From an uncultured Verrucomicrobiae bacterium (GTDB lineage: Bacteria > Verrucomicrobiota > Verrucomicrobiia > Limisphaerales > Palsa-1400), in assembly GCA_963707025.1 (NCBI GenBank), contig CAVPOM010000004.1, positions 672,001 through 736,000 of the forward strand: DNA of 64,000 bases. Direction: 5' to 3'. Below, one piece after another: positions 57,526 through 64,000 of the stretch (its first letter is position 1; each line of letters begins with the position of its first letter). The position numbers were made by a program, and so were the translations under genes. The notes beneath the pieces are model-generated. The model had not been told where the DNA came from and did not search any database. It saw only the letters and a list, made by a program, of their open reading frames with translations.

Positions 57526-58725
57526 ATGAAAAAGAATATGTTGCGGCGGATCGCCTTGTTTGGCGAGGTGGCGGTCGTGGCCCTGCTGGCGGCCTTTCTC
57601 CCGGCGGGTCCGGCTCCGGCGCAGGACGCCAGGACGGCCGCCAAGACCAACGGGCCTGTTGGGGCCGGCGCGGGCCTGGGCGAGGCAAAACAGGACCTTC
57701 TTTCGCACACCCTGGCCGCCAAGGAGGCTGGCGCGGCTTGGCTTGAACTGCGGGCCGCCATCTCCACGCCTCCTCCGCGTCCGGACGCATGGCAATTGAA
57801 GGAACCCTCCCCGGAAGAGGAAATGCGCTTTCTCCTGCCTTACGCCCTGGCGATTGCCGACAAATCCAAGGATTATTATTCCCGATTTCCCGACGATACC
57901 AATGCCATCGAGGCCAAACTGAGCGAGTTTGGCTTGTTATCATTCGTGGTGGATGAAGCGGCGGCCACCAACCAGCAGGCCCGGCTGGAGGCCGCGTTGC
58001 AAGGGATTCTGGCCGATCCCAAATTGCCGGAGGATGAGCGCTTCGAACTGCGCCATCAGGCCGTGGGCAAGGCGGTGCAGGACAAGAAGGCGGAGGGGGA
58101 CGCGGCGGTGCTGGTGGAATTGGAAAAAGGGACGCGGATGTTGCAGAAGGAGTTCCCCAAACGACCTGAAGTGATGGGGATGTTGATGGATCTGGCCGAG
58201 ATCAGCGAGCCGGAAAAATCCCGCGCCATGCTCCAGGAGATTGCCGCCAGCGAGGCCCCCGCCGAACTCAAGGCGGTGGCGGCGGATATGCAAAAGCAAC
58301 TGGAGAGGGTGGGGCAGCCCCTGGCCTTGAAATATACGGCGGTGGACGGACGCGAGGTGGACCTCGACAAAATGCGCGGGAAAGTGGTGCTGGTGGATTT
58401 CTGGGCCACCGAGAGCCAGTCCTCGCTGGAGATGCTGCCCATGGTCAAGGAGGCTTACGACCGGTTCCATGGCAAAGGATTTGAGATCGCCGGCATTGAT
58501 CTGGACGAGGAGAAGGAGGTTTTGACCAATTTTGTGGCCGGGCAAAAACTGGAGTGGCCGCAGTTTTTCGACGGCAAATCCGCGGAGACCAAGTATGCGG
58601 TTGAACTTGGGGTGAAAGGGAAAGACCTTCCCGCCATGTGGCTGGTGGATAAAAAAGGCGTGCTGCGCTACATCAACGCCGACTTCGATTTTACCAATAA
58701 AATCGGCCATCTTCTCGGCGAATAG
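57526..58725 (+). CDS. TlpA-like thioredoxin-fold protein lacking the CxxC motif
   Basis: VDGREVDLDKMRGKVVLVDFWATESQSS, GFEIAGIDLD, WPQFFDG, LPAMWLVDKKG; helical N-terminal domain and signal peptide. Confidence 0.85.
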   Translation: MKKNMLRRIALFGEVAVVALLAAFLPAGPAPAQDARTAAKTNGPVGAGAGLGEAKQDLLSHTLAAKEAGAAWLELRAAISTPPPRPDAWQLKEPSPEEEMRFLLPYALAIADKSKDYYSRFPDDTNAIEAKLSEFGLLSFVVDEAAATNQQARLEAALQGILADPKLPEDERFELRHQAVGKAVQDKKAEGDAAVLVELEKGTRMLQKEFPKRPEVMGMLMDLAEISEPEKSRAMLQEIAASEAPAELKAVAADMQKQLERVGQPLALKYTAVDGREVDLDKMRGKVVLVDFWATESQSSLEMLPMVKEAYDRFHGKGFEIAGIDLDEEKEVLTNFVAGQKLEWPQFFDGKSAETKYAVELGVKGKDLPAMWLVDKKGVLRYINADFDFTNKIGHLLGE

Positions 58726-58742
58726 CCCGGGGGCGCGCAAAC

Positions 58743-59144
58743 ATGGATTGGCTGCCTCATCTGCTCTGGCCTGACGGCCATTTCCTGGGCATTGAATGGT
58801 CGGTTTGGAAAGTGATCGGCTGGGCGGGCAACGCCGTGTTTTCCACGCGGTTTCTGGTGCAATGGTATGCCACCGAAAAGCGCCAGCAGGTGGTGGTGCC
58901 GCCGCTGTTCTGGTGGTTGAGCCTGGCGGGGTCGCTGCTCCTGTTGTGCTACGCGGTGTTTCACGAGCGCGATTCGGTCTTCATTTTTGCCTACGCCTTC
59001 ACCTGGATTCCTTACATTCGCAACCTGCTGATTCATCGCCGCCATGAACAATCGCAAATCGCCTGTCCCTCCTGCGGGCACAAGGCGCCGGGGTCGGCCA
59101 ACTTCTGCGGCCAGTGCGGTGCCAAACTGGTTAAGGCGAAGTAG
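58743..59144 (+). CDS. Lipid A biosynthesis N-terminal (LAB_N) domain protein with zinc ribbon
   Basis: RFLVQWYATEK, VVPPLFWWLSLAGS, YIRNL; CPSCG...FCGQCG. Confidence 0.85.
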   Translation: MDWLPHLLWPDGHFLGIEWSVWKVIGWAGNAVFSTRFLVQWYATEKRQQVVVPPLFWWLSLAGSLLLLCYAVFHERDSVFIFAYAFTWIPYIRNLLIHRRHEQSQIACPSCGHKAPGSANFCGQCGAKLVKAK

Positions 59145-59156
59145 CCGGTGGCCAGG

Positions 59157-60185
59157 CTAAGGCTTGATGACGGTGCGGATGTGATCGGTGGTGGCTTCCA
59201 GCCCGTCCAGGGCCGCGTTGATGGCCTTGGCCTCCAGCGGAATGATGCGCGTGACCGCGGCCGGAATTTGCAGCTTGCCGCCGCGCGCCAGTTCCAGCAA
59301 CAGGGGCAGCTCGGACGCCAAATGATCGGACACGCCGATGATGTGCGCTTCCTTGTTGAGCAGATTGTCGTAGGGGGAGACGGGGAATGATTGGCGGGTC
59401 AACCCCGCCAGCGCGGCGCGGCCCAACCGGCCGAGGCAGCGCACCGCGCCGTCCATGGTTTCGGGCCGGCCGATCAGTTCCAGCGCGACATCCACCCCGC
59501 GGCCCTTGGTTGCTGCCATGATTTGCCCCGCGGCATCGCCTTTGCCGGCGTCTATGGGGATGGCGCCGAAGCGCGCCGCCGTGCGCAGTTTGTTTGGGTT
59601 GATCTCCACGGCAAAAATGTCGCCGGCGCCGAGGGCTTTGGCCAGTTGCACCGCCGAAAAACCCAGTCCGCCAAAACCAAAAACGGCGACCGATTCGCCC
59701 GCTTGCATGTGGGCTTTGCGCAGGGCGTGCAGCGCCGTGGCGGAGGAACACATCATGATCGCGCCCTGGACAAACGGAATTTCGTCGGGCAGGACGAACA
59801 GGCTGCGCGCCGGCACGCGCACGAATTCGGCGTAGCCGCCGTCCCGTTCCTTGCCGATCATCTGGCCGGTGTCGCAGAATTGTTCCTGGCCGGCGAAGCA
59901 GAAGTGGCAGAGGCCGCAGGTGGCCAGATAATGGACGCAGACGCGCGCCCCCTTGGCAATATGCTTGACGTTCGCGCCGGTCTCCGCGGCCACCCCCGCG
60001 ATTTCGTGGCCCAGCGTCATGGGCAGCGGGCTGACGCGGGAAACCCCGGCGCGGTAATGGGCGTCGGAGTGGCAAATGCCCGCCGCGTGAACGCGCACCA
60101 GCACATCCTCCGGCCCGATTTGCGGCACGGGCAGGGTTTCCAGCCGCAAGGGCTTTCCGACTTTGATGAGGCGCACCGCTTTCAT
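59157..60185 (-). CDS. Zinc-dependent (MDR) alcohol dehydrogenase
   Basis: GICHSD, LGHE, CGLCHFC...C structural zinc, GFGGLG. Confidence 0.92.
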   Translation of the reverse strand: MKAVRLIKVGKPLRLETLPVPQIGPEDVLVRVHAAGICHSDAHYRAGVSRVSPLPMTLGHEIAGVAAETGANVKHIAKGARVCVHYLATCGLCHFCFAGQEQFCDTGQMIGKERDGGYAEFVRVPARSLFVLPDEIPFVQGAIMMCSSATALHALRKAHMQAGESVAVFGFGGLGFSAVQLAKALGAGDIFAVEINPNKLRTAARFGAIPIDAGKGDAAGQIMAATKGRGVDVALELIGRPETMDGAVRCLGRLGRAALAGLTRQSFPVSPYDNLLNKEAHIIGVSDHLASELPLLLELARGGKLQIPAAVTRIIPLEAKAINAALDGLEATTDHIRTVIKP

Positions 60186-60325
60186 GGCGTCAAGAGGTTG
60201 ATTCAAACATTTTAAAGGATTGAATGGACGCCATCTTAATCCAAGGCCGCCGGTCGCGCCAATGGAAAAGGCAAGTATTGAATGGACAATACCGGGGGTC
60301 TATTTCAATCTTAGCAAGATTGACG

Positions 60326-61456
60326 ATGCACCTGCTCGAAACGTTAAACCTCAAAGGCTTTCGCTCCATCAAGGAATTGGAGAACTTCACGCTGGGGCCC
60401 ATCACCGTGCTCATCGGAGCGAATGGATCCGGAAAATCGAACCTCATCGGATTTTTCCGAATGATGAGCTACGTCATGCAGGGCGGCCTCCAGAGATTCC
60501 TGCAAGACGGCGGCGGAGCATCAAATTTTCTTCATTTCGGCCCGGCGCGCACGCGCTCTCTCGAGGCGAATCTGACTTTTCGCAGTGGTGCGGGCCTGAA
60601 CACAAAGCGGAACACCTACAGGTCTGAACTAACTTTCGCGGCCGTTGATCGCCTCATATTCTTTCACGAAGAGGTGCAATCTGAGCTCGCTGGCTCGGAT
60701 AATCCCGAAACGATCCTGTTCGAGAACATTGAGCCTTCAGAAAGCACTCTGAGCCGCGAAATCAAGTTGGACCCGCTACGGGCCGACACATTCATCCGCC
60801 AGTTCCTGAACAAAGTTCGTGCCTTCCATTTTCACGATACAAGCCTGACGTTGCGCATGCGGAATTACTGCGACGAGACTGATGCGCCGTATCTGCGCGC
60901 CGAAGGCGGCAATCTAGCGGCCGTGCTGTTGCGGCTGCTCAAGGAGTTTCCTGCGAATTATCGGCGCGTTGTCGCCGGAGTGAACACGGTTTTTCCAGAG
61001 TTGAAAGACTTCCAACTCGATCCCCCAGGCGGCAACGGCAAGGGCCTGTTGTTACGCTGGCGGCCGACGAGCAATCCGACTGAGATTTTTGGGCGGGCTC
61101 ACCTTTCCGACGGTACGCTACGCATGATTGCTCTCGTTACCCTCTTCAATTTGCCGGAGGCGATGTCGCCGTGGATGATTATCCTTGATGAGCCGGAACT
61201 TGGCTTGCATCCGGCCGCCGAGGCCTACCTTGCTTCGCTTATCCGCGCCGCCTCAGCGCAAACGCAGGTGCTGCTCAGCACACAGTCAGCGACGCTCGTT
61301 GATCACTTCAAACCATCTGAGGTCGTTGTGACTGAGATGCATGAAGGCGCTTCGACATTCAGTCGTCTCGAAGACGAAAAGCTCAGCCAGTGGTTGAAGC
61401 GATATACACTCGGGGAGGCCTGGCGAAAGAACGTCTTTGGGGGTCGCCCGGAATGA
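60326..61456 (+). CDS. ABC-type (AAA_21-like) ATPase
   Basis: KGFRSI, Walker A GANGSGKS, GGNLAAVL, signature LSDGTLR, Walker B ILDEPELGLHP, STQS, YTLGEAWRKN. Confidence 0.9.
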   Translation: MHLLETLNLKGFRSIKELENFTLGPITVLIGANGSGKSNLIGFFRMMSYVMQGGLQRFLQDGGGASNFLHFGPARTRSLEANLTFRSGAGLNTKRNTYRSELTFAAVDRLIFFHEEVQSELAGSDNPETILFENIEPSESTLSREIKLDPLRADTFIRQFLNKVRAFHFHDTSLTLRMRNYCDETDAPYLRAEGGNLAAVLLRLLKEFPANYRRVVAGVNTVFPELKDFQLDPPGGNGKGLLLRWRPTSNPTEIFGRAHLSDGTLRMIALVTLFNLPEAMSPWMIILDEPELGLHPAAEAYLASLIRAASAQTQVLLSTQSATLVDHFKPSEVVVTEMHEGASTFSRLEDEKLSQWLKRYTLGEAWRKNVFGGRPE

Positions 61457-62142
61457 ACCTGTTCCTCTACGTTGAAGGACAGGAGGAAGAGATGTTTGTG
61501 AATCGCGTGTTGCGCGGTCACTTGCTTCCGTTTGGTGTCATGGTTCAAAAACCCATTCTGGCTGCGACAAGTTTTCGCATAGGTGGCGACGAGGACGCGG
61601 ACATCACGGTTGGCGGTGTGACGAACTACGATTCGATCCGCGAAGACATCCTTAACCAATTTGCCACCGGCGACATTAACGCCGCCGATGTGCTTACGAC
61701 CCTGATTGATCTTTATGGGCTGCCGGCGCTCTTCCCCGGTTATGAGGAAGCGAGGATGAGCGGCCTGACCGCGGGCAGAAAGGCCGAACACATCGAACAG
61801 GCATGGAAATCGGACATCGGTCACCCGAATTTTTTCCCCTACATCCAGGTGCATGAGTTCGAGGCTCTCATTCTCACGCGCCCGTCGGTGCTCAAAGAGT
61901 TTTATCCTGAGCACTCTGCCGGCATCGAGCAACTCCGCAATGAATGTGCGGCATTTCGCACACCCGAGGACATCAATGAGGAAAAAGCGACGTTGCCTTC
62001 GCACCGCATCCTTGCCCGCGTCCCGGCGTACCAGAAGGTGGACGGGTTCCGACATCTCCAAGATATTGGATTGCAGGAACTAAAGGCGCACTGCCCGCGA
62101 TTCAAGGCGTGGATGGAGCAATGCGAGAAATTCGTCCGCTAA
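61453..62142 (+). CDS. DUF4276-like (TOPRIM-like) protein
   Basis: ATGA overlap with ATPase; LYVEGQEEE, TTLIDLYGLP, PYIQVHEFEALIL, PEDIN, PSHRI, CPRFKAW. Confidence 0.8.
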   Translation: MNLFLYVEGQEEEMFVNRVLRGHLLPFGVMVQKPILAATSFRIGGDEDADITVGGVTNYDSIREDILNQFATGDINAADVLTTLIDLYGLPALFPGYEEARMSGLTAGRKAEHIEQAWKSDIGHPNFFPYIQVHEFEALILTRPSVLKEFYPEHSAGIEQLRNECAAFRTPEDINEEKATLPSHRILARVPAYQKVDGFRHLQDIGLQELKAHCPRFKAWMEQCEKFVR

Positions 62143-62192
62143 CGGTTTCTTACGGGTCATTTAACTGGCCCGACCTCAATTTTAGGATTAGG

Positions 62193-63077
62193 ATGGAAAA
62201 TCCGGAACCCCCTGAAAACCAGTTGCCCCCGGCGGCGGTGTGGGGCAACGTTTTGAGTGTGGCGCAACATTACGACACCATTGGCATCATCGCGGGCAAC
62301 CGCTCGCTGCCGCTGCTCTTTGCCCGGCAGGCCCGCGCCCAGGGCGCCAAACACATCGTCGCCGCCGCCTTCGTCGGCGAGACGGACCCCCAACTGGCCG
62401 GGTTGGTGGACGAAATCGTCTGGCTCAAAGTCGGGCAGCTTTCCAAAATGATCTCCGCCTTCACCGAACGCGGGGTGCGCCATTGCGTGATGCTGGGCCA
62501 GATCGCGCCCAAGAATCTGTTCGATCTGCGGCCCGATTTCCGGGCGCTGTCCATTCTCCTCAAGCTCAAAGAAAAAAACGCGCAGACCATTTTCGGGGCC
62601 GTCGGTGACGAACTGAAGAAGGATGGAATTGAATTGCTGCCGCCTCTTCCCTGGCTGCGTCCGCTCATGCCTGCGGCGGGATTTGCCCTGGGGCCGGCCT
62701 TGAGCGGCGCACGCAAGGAGGATGTGGCATTTGGTTTTCGCCTGGCCAAGCAGGTTTCCCGCATGGAAATCGGGCAAACCGTCGTGGTCAAAGACGGCGC
62801 GGTGCTGGCGGTCGAGGCGCTGGAGGGCACCGATCAGTGTCTGCGGCGCGGCGGCGCGCTCGCCGGCAAGGCGGGCGGGGCGGTCGCGGTCAAAGTGGCC
62901 CGCGAAAACCACGATCTTCGTTTTGACATCCCCTGCATTGGCGTGAGCACGATGGAAGCCTGCCGCGAGGCCCGGATTGCGGCGCTGGCCTTTGAAGCAG
63001 GCATGACCCTGGTGCTGGAGCAAGAGGAAGTCGGGCCGATGGCCCGCCACCACAAAATCAGCCTGGTCGCCGTTTGA
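62193..63077 (+). CDS. lpxI: UDP-2,3-diacylglucosamine pyrophosphatase LpxI-like (DUF1009)
   Basis: IGIIAGNRSLP, VGQL, IGQTVVVK, AVEALEGTD, DLRFDIPCIG; start uncertain. Confidence 0.85.
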   Translation: MENPEPPENQLPPAAVWGNVLSVAQHYDTIGIIAGNRSLPLLFARQARAQGAKHIVAAAFVGETDPQLAGLVDEIVWLKVGQLSKMISAFTERGVRHCVMLGQIAPKNLFDLRPDFRALSILLKLKEKNAQTIFGAVGDELKKDGIELLPPLPWLRPLMPAAGFALGPALSGARKEDVAFGFRLAKQVSRMEIGQTVVVKDGAVLAVEALEGTDQCLRRGGALAGKAGGAVAVKVARENHDLRFDIPCIGVSTMEACREARIAALAFEAGMTLVLEQEEVGPMARHHKISLVAV

Positions 63078-63109
63078 GCCGGGGCGCGCGCCGGCAAATC
63101 CGCAAAACA

Positions 63110-64000
63110 ATGTCTTATTCCGAGGCCATCCGGTTTCTTTACGATCTCCAGGTTTTTGGCATGAAGCTGGGGTTGGAGAACGCTCTGCGCCTGGCCGCGC
63201 TGGCGGGCCATCCGCAAAACCGCCTGCGCTTCATCCATGTCGCCGGGACCAACGGCAAAGGCTCGACCTGCGCCATGCTGGAAGGCATCTACCGCGCGGC
63301 CGGATGGCGGGTTGGACTGTTCACCTCCCCGCACCTGGTTTCCTTTGCCGAGCGCATGCAGGTGGATCGCCGCCCGATAGGGCAGGGCGAGGTCGCGCGG
63401 TTGGTGGAGGAAATGCGGTCCCTGGTGCAGGGCGGAGATTTTCCCGACGCCCCGCCGACTTTTTTTGAAGTGGTGACGGTGATGGCCTTGCAATACTTCG
63501 CCCGGCAGGGCTGTGATCTGGTCATCTGGGAAACCGGCCTGGGCGGCCGCCTGGATGCCACCAATATCGTCACGCCGCTGGCCAGCGTCATCACCAACAT
63601 CCAGTTGGACCACCAGAAATGGCTGGGCAATACCGTGGCGGAAATCGCCCGGGAAAAAGCCGGCATCATCAAACCCAACATTCCGGTCATCACCACCGCC
63701 GCCGACCCCGCCGCGCTGGAAGTCATTTCCCAAACCGCCCGCGACCGCCCGGCGCCGCTGACCATCCTGACGGGTCGCGATGCGGAAATCCCCGATTATG
63801 AAGTCGGCCTGTGCGGGGAGCACCAGCGCACCAACGCCGCCCTGGCGCTGGCGGTGGTGCGGGCCTTGCGGGAACGCCTCCCGGTGACGGACGCCGCCAT
63901 GCGGGCCGGACTCAAGGAAGTGGAGTGGGCCGGGCGGTTGCAAAGAGTGGAGCGCGCCGACGGACAAATCATTCTGCTGGACGGAGCGCATAACCCCTCC
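63110..64000 (+). CDS. folC: Folylpolyglutamate synthase/dihydrofolate synthase (partial, runs off window end)
   Basis: Not in ORF track; reads MSYSEAIRFLYDLQVFGMKLGL...IHVAGTNGKGST...FTSPHL...ETGLGGRLDATN...EKAGIIK...WAGRLQ...LDGAHNP. Confidence 0.93.
   Translation, partial: MSYSEAIRFLYDLQVFGMKLGLENALRLAALAGHPQNRLRFIHVAGTNGKGSTCAMLEGIYRAAGWRVGLFTSPHLVSFAERMQVDRRPIGQGEVARLVEEMRSLVQGGDFPDAPPTFFEVVTVMALQYFARQGCDLVIWETGLGGRLDATNIVTPLASVITNIQLDHQKWLGNTVAEIAREKAGIIKPNIPVITTAADPAALEVISQTARDRPAPLTILTGRDAEIPDYEVGLCGEHQRTNAALALAVVRALRERLPVTDAAMRAGLKEVEWAGRLQRVERADGQIILLDGAHNPS

Noticed and set aside
567..63991. Many long antisense or alternate-frame ORFs (e.g. 5874-7721 +, 10177-12201 +, 21600-23456 +, 27890-29875 +, 37787-39610 -, 48812-50593 -, 62834-63991 -)
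   Set aside because: They shadow well-supported genes and have no motifs; stop-poor reverse frames are expected at high GC

Overview
GC-rich bacterial chromosomal segment, most likely Verrucomicrobiota (Pedosphaerales/Limisphaerales-like). This is inferred from a VPDSG-CTERM protein, the C-terminal tails of secreted proteins and the gene content. About 46 protein-coding genes were recognised. Housekeeping genes: larE (3' end), uvrC, secA, rho, a PTP-RpiB-GlyA fusion, purD, prc, glpG, fumC, suhB-like, lpxI and folC (5' part). Other loci: a system II cytochrome c biogenesis locus, secreted/surface proteins, an ECF sigma/anti-sigma/PDZ unit, a CP-ATP-grasp/alpha-E/transglutaminase operon and a type II TA pair. 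Two lower-GC ABC-type ATPase cassettes look like defence modules. The best candidate for an undescribed system is the translationally coupled ATPase (DUF3696-like) + PIN nuclease + ATP-dependent RNA ligase triad at 14673-17310, a possible cut-and-reseal RNA conflict system. Several genes (secA, yfhO-like, rho, purD, PQQ dehydrogenase, radical SAM, a lipoprotein) carry small frameshifts that are most likely sequencing errors. Intergenic spaces hold many small palindromic and tandem repeats. No rRNA, tRNA, CRISPR array, transposase or integrase was seen. All family calls come from motif recognition by eye; no database search was run.
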